Under the pieces are notes generated by a model. It saw only the letters and a list, made by a program, of their open reading frames with translations. It made no database searches and was not told where the DNA came from. Below are positions 18,160-29,268 of a stretch of DNA of 32,000 bases, in pieces. The position numbers were made by a program, and so were the translations under genes. Numbering within the stretch: position 1 is the stretch's first letter; each line of letters opens with the position of its first letter. The stretch comes from Amoeboradix gromovi X-113 (lineage: Eukaryota; Fungi; Sanchytriomycota): positions 1 to 32,000 of the forward strand of contig JADGIF010000004.1 of assembly GCA_018985225.1 (NCBI GenBank), given 5' to 3'.

Positions 18160-18546
18160 ATGAGTCAGCATCATCAATTCACTAACAAGTACTATACATA
18201 TAGAAGTCCGCAAACAGGTACCTGGAGGATAAGAATAGAAAGAAATTTTGAAGAACCAGGCATTAAGTATTATGATGAGCTACCAGAGGAGTATGGATTC
18301 ATGATTCCTACAATTCAAAAGATTAACCGTGTAATGTGTGAACAGTATTCCTGGAGAGATTACCTAGCTAACTCAAGCTGTTTATGTTGCTGGATACCTT
18401 GGCATTTATCTAAAAGCTCACAAGAGTCAGCATTTAAGCAGTCTGATGCTATTTTATCTGAGGAAAACTCAAAGTCTTTAAAAAACAAATGGACCCTGCT
18501 GTCTGATACTGCCGGTCTTTTCCTCGAATTCGAATATTTAGATTAA
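18160..18546 (+). CDS. ERF4/golgin A7-like palmitoyltransferase cofactor
   Basis: RIRIERNF...ELPEE...TIQKIN...CLCC...ILSEEN...LFLEFEY follows the GOLGA7/Erf4 layout; 128 aa. Confidence 0.55.
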   Translation: MSQHHQFTNKYYTYRSPQTGTWRIRIERNFEEPGIKYYDELPEEYGFMIPTIQKINRVMCEQYSWRDYLANSSCLCCWIPWHLSKSSQESAFKQSDAILSEENSKSLKNKWTLLSDTAGLFLEFEYLD

Positions 18547-18547
18547 T

Positions 18548-21500
18548 TTATTGTAATTTTAATCTTTTTGCTTTATGCTGAGAATCCTTCAACCTTCTTT
18601 TTAAGACTTTCTTCTGGTTTTTCTTAATCCTCACTTGTGCTGCTATTTCAGGTTCTTGAATACTCAATTGCTGTTGTTGCTGCTTTCTTGATATTCTCGT
18701 CAATAAAATCTGTTTCTTTGTATTTGCGTACTCATCGTAATAATCCAAGTACCTGGATTTCAGTTCTTCTTGTGCAAGTCTTATTTGTTCCATCAATCCC
18801 TCCTGTTTGCTAATTTGGTCATCATCTTGACATTTGATAACTATCTTGAACCAGCTGTTTAAACTTAGCAACTTCTTGTTGGTAAGATAACAAGTGAACT
18901 GAATCATTGTCTTTCTCTTATACTCTGCTCCTTTGTATGCTGCATGTACTACTTTACCATGTATAAACTCAATGAAGTCACTGTCCCAACCTCTACACTG
19001 ACTCTGCATTATTTTGATGATCATGTTATACTCTTGCTCTGTTCCAATTTGGTATCTGTATAACAATGAGATACCCAGTCGCTTACTCTCACTGCTAGTT
19101 GGAGTGACATGATCATTTAAACCCACTATCAGTATCTTGTACAAATCAGCGTAATTCAGATTCAATCGTGACTCTATAGAATTTATAGTGTACTCGACCA
19201 GATTATTAAACTTTATATTATATTGCATCAATTTAATGCCAACTTGCACTACGTCTGTGTTTTTACCAAACAAATCGCTAAAATCATGTATGCTGGTACA
19301 ATACTGCAGGATGCTGCTACATTCTAAGCATGATATACTCAGCTCTAATAGCTGATGTTTGTTATACCATTTCAGTATGTATCCGCCATATTCTGATTTT
19401 ATGTTGCTTGGGGATTTACTGAATATCATGTCCAAACACTTTTTAATTGCCTGGACAATGTCCGAGTCTTTTGTGTTACCGAGCTTTAGTGACAACTTAA
19501 TTAGCATTTTGTTAGTTATAGGCAGTTTGTTAACTAGCAGTTCTAACATCGAAATGCTTGCCAACACACCACCCTTGCTGGAGTAATCTAGATTAACTAG
19601 GTAGAAGTCTACCATACCTGCTAGCTTCTTTACTGTAAACGGCATGTTACTGACACAGTGATAGACAAGATGCTGCATTGATGTTCTAATCTGTGGCAAA
19701 TTGCTTTGAATCGAATATTCCATAATCAAATCAAGGGCCTTGTACATGGACAACAGAACTGAGCTGTTGTTTTTGCAATGGCTGGCTTTAATAGTCAACT
19801 GCTTAAACACACTGCAAGCTATGTAATGCACATGCACGTCTGTCATATATTCCATTATACTGTGTATTATCAGTTCCTGTTTGTCCATCCTTACGGCAGC
19901 GAATGGCAGTATCAACGATAATGTCTTTAAACATGCAATCTGGAGCTCATTGTGGATATTTCTACTTAGCAACTCCATTACTCTGTCTATAATTAAAGGC
20001 ATACAGTCGCTGAACAGCTTTACATTAATGTTGACACACTTTAAAGTGTTGATGATAACAGCGTCATTCAAGTCCAAACAACTTCCCAAAACATCGATCA
20101 GATCTGTAGTATTTATGTCAAGATTATTGGTTAGACATTTTTTAGTTATATTTAGCATAGCATTGATTATTACTGTGTTTTTATTGTTAATGTTTAACAC
20201 CATAAATTGTTTAAAGTTTGATACCAAATAACTCCTGCAATATGAATTAGTAAATAAGCCCTCAAACAAATGATGCATAAACAGCGTGTATTTGGTAGAC
20301 TGCTTTTTACTCAATAGTGGAGGAATGTTTATACTGGATAGTAGCTGAGGTAACTTATTAACAGAGCAACAGGTACCAATAATTGTGCTTAATTGGATAT
20401 AAGTAGTGGATTGTATCTCTGGCAACGATTTCTTCAAGTCATCGACATTCTTTTCGACATATTGCTGATGTATTTCCATTAAACAAGCGTCATAGATAGA
20501 ATCAATCAAATAGTCAATTTCACCAATTTTAATATCCAACTTGATAAGAATAGAGTGCAGAGTGTATCTGTATACATGGTGCCATAATCCTGTACAAAGA
20601 GCATCCTTCAAGAGCTCATTTGTGTAACCAAGGTAATTTGGCATCTTTGTGATAATTATGGATAACAATTGAATCACAAGCTCTCTAACATGTCTAGGAT
20701 ACCGGAGCAAATGGATGCTCTTGAACAGTATGGTAGAGAGCATCGCGTTGTTATAAAGTGGACATATTATTTTGGCAGTTTTCAGTATACCAACAACAAC
20801 AGCAGGGTCCTTTGAATACCAAGATTTATGATGAATCAGTTGCTGTAAGATATATAAATGATGGTCGGAGTCTGATCTGATGGAATTCATGTACATTTTC
20901 AACAATGAATACTCATTCAAATTGATTATACGCTGTTTAATAAACTGATACCTCAGTATGTTGGATATCGATTTAGCCGGTGAATTGGATAAAATTAAAC
21001 TACATGCCCTGGAGTATAATTCGTCGTCTAGATTAGGCAACAACAGCGGATATATCCATTTTAGTAGAATCGCCCCCAACTGAGACGCATCTGCATCCAT
21101 AGATGCTATATCAGCAGAACCTGTCAGCGCCAAGAAATCCACAAGCAATCCTACAGATGCTCTCTTGTCTTGCTTTTGAATAGCAAATATGTTTGTTAGA
21201 CAGTGGTTATGATTGTTGACTATCTGCAGCTGCTTGAAATCACTAGTATTGTTGCTTAGTATAAACTGCATCAAGTCGTTGTTCAGTAAATTACTTCCAC
21301 GCTTCAAATATTCGATTAGTTTAGAATGCAAATAATCATCATCAACACCAAGGTAGAACGACAACAGCTGCAATGATATGTCTACAATGTTGGATTCATC
21401 ACAGTCTAGGCAGTCAAGCAAAACAAACAGAATTATTGGAGATGCATCGGCATCGGCAGCCAAATCACTTGTATCAGCCAAGTCACTTTTATACACTCTA

Positions 21501-24500
21501 AAGTCCTTTAGTCCATTAAATCTATGATCCATATCAATGGCATCAACATCAGATGAATGACGAGTATAGCATTGATTAATAAATGATTGTATACTACTAT
21601 TGAACAATGGAACAAATAACGATAGGATGGTGCTTCTATATTGAAGCGAATTGGATTTGTTCAATAGAGGAATAGCCAGGTTGATATGAGACACACAGAT
21701 ATTAAATTTAGATACATGATCAACTAGGACCTTTGGGTCCTTTGATTTTAGTATAAAGTCGGCCAGTAACTCAAACTCGTTATTTGGGATTAGATCAATT
21801 AGTAATGGGGATACGCAAGGATCACACACAACATTTATGGGAAGAGACCTAATGAGGGATGGTACATGAACAGCAGTGTCGACAGGGATGGAGTTTTTCA
21901 GCCAGTGAATAAGTTTCAATCCAATAACCATTGTAGATTGGCAGTACTTGCTGTCGATTAAAGAGTAGAGCATATCAAAGGACAGCAATGGCATGAATTC
22001 ATGATGGTTGTAGTCCAGAACCAACTTGAATGCTTTTAAAAACAAACTGGGGCTACTAATAGATTCTAGTGGTATCGAATCAATTCTAGCAGGCAGCAAC
22101 TGGAACAAGTATGACAAATATTTCGACTCACCAGTTATATCAGCCAAAATGTATAAAATATTAAACACTTTAGTTCTAGTAGCTATAAGACTCGTATCAG
22201 CAGAAGTTGCGATGACACCAGAAGTATCTTTCATAAACGTGTCTACAAATCTTTGTATCACCTCCATGAACATCGTTGCAAAAGGTTTACAACAATAAGG
22301 CAATTCTGTGAGTAAATAATGTATAGTATTGATCATTCCTCTAGTTTTCTTGATGGTAGTATTGTTTAAAAAGCACAAGTTGAGAAACATGACCATTTCG
22401 TCATTTGACAACAAAGATAGAAAGGTACTTATGCATGCTCTGTTAGATTTCACTTTAAGCAAGAGTTTTCCATGGACTATCGGGATCACATGCTTCAGCA
22501 TCGATTTTCGATACTCTGGGTCAGTAGATATATTTTGATCGTTTGAAAATGACATGGAAACTAGTGCGTCTTTGAAAGTGTGACTATTGATCAATGATTT
22601 AATGAGAGATTTAGCTTCTTTGGACAATGAAGCAGAATTACTTGATATCACATCAAACGCTGTGGATTGTATCATCTCGTTAGAATTGGACAACAAGGTG
22701 AATAAATCGTCAAGCACAAATGATTTATATTTGGAAATTAGCCTAACAAGTAGGCTGGTGAACTGAATGTTGATAACTTCAGAGGAATAAAGTAAATTTA
22801 AACACGGATGATGCCATAAAGACAATAAATCAGATTGTGGTGTGAATCTATCAATGTGGCCACTAACGGCGAATTTCAATAGATTGGAAATCACATCGGT
22901 TGTGATAGTGGTGCGGGTAGTATTGATTACGCAAGGAGGAGAATAAAAGTGAATATTTGGAAATATTAGCTTGACATTCTTCCAAAAGTTTGCTACATGC
23001 GTAGCACCCACACCGGGGCCAGTAGCTTTAACTTCCGTCTCATTTTCATCACTCTTAATTCTGTTCAAATTCAAATGTAATTGAATTAGCCATTGCTGAG
23101 CAATGACCTTGTTGCTTAATTTGAGATTGATAATAAACTCCCAAACTGGTTTAAATGGGATATAAAACTGAGCCAAAAGCCATGAAATAATTATGGGGTC
23201 ATTAGAGTGAGTGGTAGCGATGGAATTAATAAGATTACATTTGTTTCGCTGGTGCTGCAATAGATCTGTAATCAATTCGCATTGCAGCAGTAGACTGTAT
23301 ATGTTACTGTTGCTTAATATCTTTAAAGAAGCAATACGCACATTTTGGTCAGGGTTTGAGAGGTTGCCAAGAATGTTAAAATTATCGATTATATCAGCAG
23401 TATTGTTATTGTGAAGAAGATACAGTATATTCAGTGCTTCTACGTTATTCGATAACGGTTTTAAGTGGCTGCATAATAGTGGGATGTTGGTAGGCATAAC
23501 ATGCTGCATTATCTGATAAATAGTGGGCAAAAGTGATGGATTAAACTGGTCCACAGAGGCGTTTAACAGATCAATTAAAAGTTCTGAATCGACTTTAAAC
23601 TGGCATGCAGCAAACAATAAAGTGCTCTCGCGACTCGATAAGAACTCCTGAAATAATTTTTTAAACAAAGAGATTGGAAGATTAAATTTGCTGTTTGTTA
23701 TGATGGAATTATTGAATTTGGAAAGATCCATCAGTTTGCACATAATCGAAATCAAATCCGAGAACAAGTAAAAATCAAAACTATCATGGGACTGGACATG
23801 TTTTAAGAAATCAAACAGCAGCCTTGTTTGGAAAAGATTAGAGCTGATGGGAATAACTTTAGAAATGATGAATAACATATCATTGATGTTAGAGCTTATG
23901 AAAATGGACTTGATTAGATTAAAGTTGGATTTTAACACATCTTCGTCAAGCAGCAGCTCTACAAGAATCTTCTTAAAACCCAAAGAATTAGTAATCTTAG
24001 AGTTTGTAGACTGAAGTCTCATGCCCTTTAAAAGGACAATAGAATGAAATTCAGGAGACTTTAGCCGAACAAAACAATTTAGAAGATAAAAGAGATTTTC
24101 AGATTGAAATACAGAGGAATCGTCAATAATGGAATTGGCTAGAACAGTAGAGGTGTGCAAATTACCAAATTTGCATAACAAATAGCCAAGGGACAAGCAC
24201 ATATCGTTAGAAAACATAGGATCAAGTAAAATGGCAATTAATCGTGATACTGTATTGGAGTAATAGGATTCAGAAACATTCATCATGGAGTGAAATATCA
24301 GCAATGCTACGGTTTGATCAAATGTCTTGGATTTATCAGAAAGAGATAGCCCATGTTTAATCATTTGGAAAAATAAATCTGCTTCACTTTGACGCAATAA
24401 AAGAGCCAGTAACTGACAGCCAAAATGCCTGATATAATCTCGGTCATTTAGAAGCAAAAACGAAAACAGTTTGAAGCATTTTAAATGCTGTCTTTCTGAC

Positions 24501-24931
24501 ATGAAGTTTTTGACGAGTACAACATAACTGCGAAACAACTTGTTTATAATTTCAGGATCTCTAAAAGATAAAAACGGCAAAGTACTACTCAAGAAATCAC
24601 TGGCATGATCCAAAGACTCCAAACCAAAATCCATCCACAACGCAGATAAGAGTTCTAACAAACTGAGGTTCTTTCCATCCATTTTCTCAAGTAAAAGTGA
24701 AACAATTGAACTGTAGTTTAATACAAGTAGATTCACAGATCTGGTTTTTGGCTCAATTTCATGAAATAGATCTATAAAGATTTCAGACAAATCTAAGTCG
24801 TAAAGCTTCAACAGGGATTGTCTGAAATAAGAATCTTCATGCAGTCTAAGAGCCGATCTTGTTTTGACTTCCACATTTAAAATTAGCTGATTAAAGCTTT
24901 TAAATGAGAATGAGTTTTCTGATTTTCCCAT
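18548..24931 (-). CDS. UTP20: SSU processome HEAT-repeat protein UTP20
   Basis: N-terminal FSFKSF...SYF..L....DL.L...F motif, HVYRYTLHSIL, and C-terminal R..RK...EPEIAAQVRIKKNQKK; 2127 aa. Confidence 0.88.
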   Translation of the reverse strand: MGKSENSFSFKSFNQLILNVEVKTRSALRLHEDSYFRQSLLKLYDLDLSEIFIDLFHEIEPKTRSVNLLVLNYSSIVSLLLEKMDGKNLSLLELLSALWMDFGLESLDHASDFLSSTLPFLSFRDPEIINKLFRSYVVLVKNFMSERQHLKCFKLFSFLLLNDRDYIRHFGCQLLALLLRQSEADLFFQMIKHGLSLSDKSKTFDQTVALLIFHSMMNVSESYYSNTVSRLIAILLDPMFSNDMCLSLGYLLCKFGNLHTSTVLANSIIDDSSVFQSENLFYLLNCFVRLKSPEFHSIVLLKGMRLQSTNSKITNSLGFKKILVELLLDEDVLKSNFNLIKSIFISSNINDMLFIISKVIPISSNLFQTRLLFDFLKHVQSHDSFDFYLFSDLISIMCKLMDLSKFNNSIITNSKFNLPISLFKKLFQEFLSSRESTLLFAACQFKVDSELLIDLLNASVDQFNPSLLPTIYQIMQHVMPTNIPLLCSHLKPLSNNVEALNILYLLHNNNTADIIDNFNILGNLSNPDQNVRIASLKILSNSNIYSLLLQCELITDLLQHQRNKCNLINSIATTHSNDPIIISWLLAQFYIPFKPVWEFIINLKLSNKVIAQQWLIQLHLNLNRIKSDENETEVKATGPGVGATHVANFWKNVKLIFPNIHFYSPPCVINTTRTTITTDVISNLLKFAVSGHIDRFTPQSDLLSLWHHPCLNLLYSSEVINIQFTSLLVRLISKYKSFVLDDLFTLLSNSNEMIQSTAFDVISSNSASLSKEAKSLIKSLINSHTFKDALVSMSFSNDQNISTDPEYRKSMLKHVIPIVHGKLLLKVKSNRACISTFLSLLSNDEMVMFLNLCFLNNTTIKKTRGMINTIHYLLTELPYCCKPFATMFMEVIQRFVDTFMKDTSGVIATSADTSLIATRTKVFNILYILADITGESKYLSYLFQLLPARIDSIPLESISSPSLFLKAFKLVLDYNHHEFMPLLSFDMLYSLIDSKYCQSTMVIGLKLIHWLKNSIPVDTAVHVPSLIRSLPINVVCDPCVSPLLIDLIPNNEFELLADFILKSKDPKVLVDHVSKFNICVSHINLAIPLLNKSNSLQYRSTILSLFVPLFNSSIQSFINQCYTRHSSDVDAIDMDHRFNGLKDFRVYKSDLADTSDLAADADASPIILFVLLDCLDCDESNIVDISLQLLSFYLGVDDDYLHSKLIEYLKRGSNLLNNDLMQFILSNNTSDFKQLQIVNNHNHCLTNIFAIQKQDKRASVGLLVDFLALTGSADIASMDADASQLGAILLKWIYPLLLPNLDDELYSRACSLILSNSPAKSISNILRYQFIKQRIINLNEYSLLKMYMNSIRSDSDHHLYILQQLIHHKSWYSKDPAVVVGILKTAKIICPLYNNAMLSTILFKSIHLLRYPRHVRELVIQLLSIIITKMPNYLGYTNELLKDALCTGLWHHVYRYTLHSILIKLDIKIGEIDYLIDSIYDACLMEIHQQYVEKNVDDLKKSLPEIQSTTYIQLSTIIGTCCSVNKLPQLLSSINIPPLLSKKQSTKYTLFMHHLFEGLFTNSYCRSYLVSNFKQFMVLNINNKNTVIINAMLNITKKCLTNNLDINTTDLIDVLGSCLDLNDAVIINTLKCVNINVKLFSDCMPLIIDRVMELLSRNIHNELQIACLKTLSLILPFAAVRMDKQELIIHSIMEYMTDVHVHYIACSVFKQLTIKASHCKNNSSVLLSMYKALDLIMEYSIQSNLPQIRTSMQHLVYHCVSNMPFTVKKLAGMVDFYLVNLDYSSKGGVLASISMLELLVNKLPITNKMLIKLSLKLGNTKDSDIVQAIKKCLDMIFSKSPSNIKSEYGGYILKWYNKHQLLELSISCLECSSILQYCTSIHDFSDLFGKNTDVVQVGIKLMQYNIKFNNLVEYTINSIESRLNLNYADLYKILIVGLNDHVTPTSSESKRLGISLLYRYQIGTEQEYNMIIKIMQSQCRGWDSDFIEFIHGKVVHAAYKGAEYKRKTMIQFTCYLTNKKLLSLNSWFKIVIKCQDDDQISKQEGLMEQIRLAQEELKSRYLDYYDEYANTKKQILLTRISRKQQQQQLSIQEPEIAAQVRIKKNQKKVLKRRLKDSQHKAKRLKLQ

Positions 24932-25076
24932 GTATTATCCGATTTCGTAGTATGAAACTAAGTTGAATGGTTTTCTAATTTCTGTAATAATTGTACATTC
25001 TTATCATTGGGTTTGGAGGACTATTAGCTTATTTAGTTGTAAAAGAATAAATTGTCAAAGCAAACTTGTTACAAGG

Positions 25077-25595
25077 ATGTCCAAAAGTGTCACGATCACA
25101 AATTTGCCAATGGAAATATCGGAACAAGATATTACTTCAACTTGCGAGGAGATCGCTGGCAACGTTGTTAACATTCGTCTTTTTCAAACTTTTGCAGTTG
25201 TAGAGTTTCAATCCAACCGTCTTACTAACCAATTGAAGGATGTCAAATTACTCGACCAAACTGTTAAAGTATATCATCGCAAGAACAGGGGCATGGGTGA
25301 TCTGAAGTATGTTCTTCAAGTTCATGGGTTGCCCAAAAATACCGAATGGAAATTATTTTTTAATTATATAAAATTTGCGGGGCAAGTTGATAATTTGTTC
25401 ATGTCTATTGATGGCACCAAGTCTGATGTTATATTTACTTCTAGATCGTATATGGAAAATGCTAGAAATTATTTGTATTTGGTTCCTTTTACTTATACTA
25501 ATCCAGAGGGGGAAGAAGTGGATACAATTTTAGAATCAGTAAAAGATACAGTCGTGCATGAGGACGCTGGTAATAAAAAAAGAAGAATAAATTAG
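25077..25595 (+). CDS. Two-RRM RNA-binding protein, SR/Npl3-like without an RS tail
   Basis: RRM1 VTITNLP...FAVVEF; RRM2 LQVHGLPKNTEWK (cf. GLPxxxSWQDLKD). First ATG at 25077. Confidence 0.6.
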   Translation: MSKSVTITNLPMEISEQDITSTCEEIAGNVVNIRLFQTFAVVEFQSNRLTNQLKDVKLLDQTVKVYHRKNRGMGDLKYVLQVHGLPKNTEWKLFFNYIKFAGQVDNLFMSIDGTKSDVIFTSRSYMENARNYLYLVPFTYTNPEGEEVDTILESVKDTVVHEDAGNKKRRIN

Positions 25596-25616
25596 TTGTG
25601 AAATAAAATTTATTTA

Positions 25617-27824
25617 TCAACATAGTAACAGGTCCGCCACTTGTAAGGGTCCTCCCAGATCTAGTGAATATCTGCTTGCTACATTTTTAATCAATTTATA
25701 TCGATCTGTCTCCAAAATTGTTGGCTTATCCATTATTTCAAACATACTAATCGTGTTCTTAAGTAATATACCAATTTTATGTGCATTCACTATGCAATTA
25801 TGATAAAGAGGTGCACTATTGTAGCAGCTCTTGTACAAGCCGCTCTGCTGATTTTGCTCTGAATCCTTTAACAAGGTCACCTTGTCAAGTTTCTTGACAA
25901 TGTTTCTCTTATAAACCATGCATTTATATAGTCCTTTTGTCTTTAGCTGTTTAAATATTATAATCAACCCTACCAGTTTATCGTCAGTACATACATCGAC
26001 AATCTGCTGTAACAAGTCATCATCTTCCATGTTACTGTAGTAAGACTCAAAATAGACAAAAGCATTAATCTTCTCAATAGAATAGAATCCATCCAAAAGA
26101 TTCAGCCCACCTACTTCGTTCAATTCGATCTTCTCTGCTAGCTGACTGTAAAAGTGATATCTAAATTGCTCATCTTCGGTGGTTGTCAAGGAATACTCGT
26201 CGTTACTACTATGTCCAATAGTGCTAATGAAATCCAAGTTCATCTGTTTATTGCCTTTGTAGCTATTGTATACAAATATGTTGATAGTTTGCAAATAATT
26301 GGTTTGATCTATACTCTTTAGTTCATCTAACAAAGCACTATTAATCTGCATTGCAGTATAGTTATTAAGCAGGTTCAACTGCAGTAATGGAGTTCTGCAC
26401 TCACGATGACTGTTCTTCATCATTTTAGGCAAAGCATTCCCTTGCTCTTTAATGATATACTCAAACTGTCCATTTCTGTTACGAACAATTAGCCTGGTTT
26501 GGCTCTCGTTCAATTTAGAAACTGACAAAATACAGTCTTTTCCATGATAAAATTTTATTGGGACACCAGTTACGTCCTTACTCTCATCCGCTGGCTCCTC
26601 GTCCTCTTTTATTTCACCTGGTTTACTCAATTCAACAAACAGAGTATGGCTACTGACAGCATGAGTATTCGTAGTCTTTGTTTTACTGTTGTATACGATT
26701 CTCTTATTGCTCCATTCCTTGTTAGTTCGAATTAGAGCATCCATGTCACTTTGAGCTATTTCTGGTAGTTCAACATCCAGATGTCCAAATTGAAAGTAGT
26801 GCATGGTGTAACATTGTTTATGGATGATATAAAGCACATCGACCACCATTAACAACCAAGGTTTAATCTCCTTATCTTGGACTACGACTGTAGCATTCTT
26901 TTTGGCCTTCACTACAGGTTGCTCTACCTCCAACTCAGCTAGCATTTCACTGTAATGTATATAAAGTCTGTAACACTCATTAAAATCAGCTATGTTGATT
27001 TTACAGTAGTAAAAAGATTTTCGAATTGTATAGAGGCATGTAAAAATGCACTGCTTTAGTATTTTGTAGTTAGTGATTAATATAGGCAATAATGACAAAC
27101 ACTGGGCGATAACCTTTGATTGATTGGTATTATTACTGTTCTCATCTAATAATGCATGGATCGCATAAAGCATGGAATTGATTAAGAGGGTGCTGTTCGT
27201 GGTGCTAGGTATATTATTGATTGAGCTACTGTTTGCATTATTTACATTATTAGCAGCTGAATTGGTTGCAGGAGTAGAGGTGGCAGGAGTATTGCTAGAT
27301 GAAACAAGGATGCCGACGACTTCTTCAATCTTATCCAATAATGCCATAATGGTAGTGGTACATGAATTTGGTGTACTGTTGCTGTTTTCAATGCTCAAGA
27401 TAGTCAATGAATTGATTATAGAACACAAATCATACTCGTCGTCAGTTGTTAACTTGCATAGCAAAGAAGATAAAAGTAATCGATACAGGTTATTATAGTA
27501 AGTATTACCTAGGGACTCACTCGATTTAAATGATTTCAATAGCATGTCATTCAGAATTGGATCGAATTCCAGCTTAACATCACTGGTTGGAGCATACTTG
27601 TAGTAGTATGCAACAAGGTATTTTAAATTCTCTATTGCAGCCATTTGCACAGATTGCTGACTAGTAGGATCTAAATTATCAGCACCATCAATCATTGGAA
27701 TAAAGAGTGAAATGGACTGCAAGATATTAGGAAGAAGATGCTCAATTCCCTGTAGCTCTAATGAGAGCAATAAGGGCACATGATACAATAATTTGCTTGA
27801 ACTGAAAAAATCGCTGTTCAATCT
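25617..27824 (-). CDS. RALGAPB: Ral GTPase-activating protein beta-like, exon 2
   Basis: LSLELQGIEHLLP, IVRNRNGQFEY and a degenerate RapGAP-like C-terminus (DELKSID...FISTIG...APLYHNCIV). Confidence 0.7.
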   Translation of the reverse strand, partial: RLNSDFFSSSKLLYHVPLLLSLELQGIEHLLPNILQSISLFIPMIDGADNLDPTSQQSVQMAAIENLKYLVAYYYKYAPTSDVKLEFDPILNDMLLKSFKSSESLGNTYYNNLYRLLLSSLLCKLTTDDEYDLCSIINSLTILSIENSNSTPNSCTTTIMALLDKIEEVVGILVSSSNTPATSTPATNSAANNVNNANSSSINNIPSTTNSTLLINSMLYAIHALLDENSNNTNQSKVIAQCLSLLPILITNYKILKQCIFTCLYTIRKSFYYCKINIADFNECYRLYIHYSEMLAELEVEQPVVKAKKNATVVVQDKEIKPWLLMVVDVLYIIHKQCYTMHYFQFGHLDVELPEIAQSDMDALIRTNKEWSNKRIVYNSKTKTTNTHAVSSHTLFVELSKPGEIKEDEEPADESKDVTGVPIKFYHGKDCILSVSKLNESQTRLIVRNRNGQFEYIIKEQGNALPKMMKNSHRECRTPLLQLNLLNNYTAMQINSALLDELKSIDQTNYLQTINIFVYNSYKGNKQMNLDFISTIGHSSNDEYSLTTTEDEQFRYHFYSQLAEKIELNEVGGLNLLDGFYSIEKINAFVYFESYYSNMEDDDLLQQIVDVCTDDKLVGLIIIFKQLKTKGLYKCMVYKRNIVKKLDKVTLLKDSEQNQQSGLYKSCYNSAPLYHNCIVNAHKIGILLKNTISMFEIMDKPTILETDRYKLIKNVASRYSLDLGGPLQVADLLLC

Positions 27825-27843
27825 CTAAGTTAATAAAAAATAC
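27825..27843 (-). other. 19-nt spliceosomal intron
   Basis: AAG|GTATTTTTTATTAACTTAG|AGA. Removal joins the 534-aa and 734-aa ORFs in frame (IEK-RLNSDFF), giving 1210 aa. Confidence 0.75.
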
Positions 27844-29268
27844 CTTTTCAATAATTGCCAAAATGCAAGCTATTTCATCATTATCAAAGCTACCGTTGTA
27901 CTTGAAGTCTCCACGAATAACGCCCTCATGTATGTCATTGGTGAATATACGGCATAAACAGCTTGTAGCTTCCGCTCTACCCTTGAAATGCATAATATCA
28001 ACTACATCCTCGAAGCACGCACCTGTCATTAACCAGCTACCAAAAAGCTTAAGTATGCTGTTGCTACTAATTATTACATTCGTATTTTTGATTAGTATGT
28101 TGTTGTTTTCCATGTCAATCAGTTTACAGCACAAGTTATTTAATCCCAAATAAATGAGGTAAAATGATTCTGGATTCAGAGACTTTAACACTAAAGGACT
28201 AAGAATGGTATTTCCCAAAGAGATAAATCTAGACCAAAATTCAAAAAACTCCTGTTCAGTAAGACTTACACCCAATACCTCATTACCCGGTAGATTAATT
28301 TTTACAATATCCATGACTTTAGCGTTTTTTTGATCTTGAACACTTAGGAATTGAATATGCTCAGTTAAGCTAAATATAACAGAAGACCAAACATGGGCAA
28401 TGTTTGGATGATTTAACCAATCCTTAAAGAATGATTGTAGTTCATTCCAAGACTCATCGCTAAGATCTTTGGAGCTAAATATAACACTGAGAAGTGCTGC
28501 ACAAGCCTTGTTTAGAATCTTTTGCCAAACTAGTTGATGCTGCTCTTTAGTTTTATTCTTTTTCAAGCAATAATCTACTAGACCAATAGTTATTTTGAAT
28601 AAAAGACGACTAGTACTAATATCAAGTATGTCTCTAGGTGGATTACGGGCAGGAACCATTTTAAATGCCCATGTACGAGCAAATTGAACATAAAAGCCGA
28701 TGACTGTAGTTAAAAGAAGTTGATACTGTTCAAGAAATTGCAGTCCCACATCTTCGTACTGATCATCCATTTCAAAGACACTGCTAAAGTGTAGCAAGAG
28801 TTGATTGATCAGTCGTACCGCATGTTCTCCATCAGTTCCACCACCCTTTTTAAGTGCCGCTCTTAACAAATTGGCTTGAGAGCTTGCAGGGGGTTCTGAA
28901 GACAAGGATTCAGTACTTTCGTTACCTGCTATTTCCCCTACGCCGCGAATCTTCGACATTGCGGGTTTCAAACAAGGAGGGAGGTCACTTTTACTAATAA
29001 ACCATGAAATCATAATTTTGGTGGCATTCCGGGTTAGCTCAAAATCCTTTAAGTCCAGATAAAATGATTCACTTAATGTGTGGCATAAATACTCAAATTG
29101 AGGAAGGTTGTTAAGTTTGTATTGAAAGTGAAAAGCTGGGTCGTTTCCAACAGATTTCAAAATCTCCTTCAAGATATTCTGTCTGACCTCATATGAAAAG
29201 AATTTCAGCGGACGAAAGCCCTCTGGTGGTTCAATCAGATTTAATTTTGATAGATGAGTTAGAGACAT
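27844..29268 (-). CDS. RALGAPB: Ral GTPase-activating protein beta-like, exon 1
   Basis: W..H......WS.VI..LT, NSILKLFGSWL and GRAEATSCLCRIF match RalGAP-beta motifs. First ATG at 29268. Confidence 0.75.
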
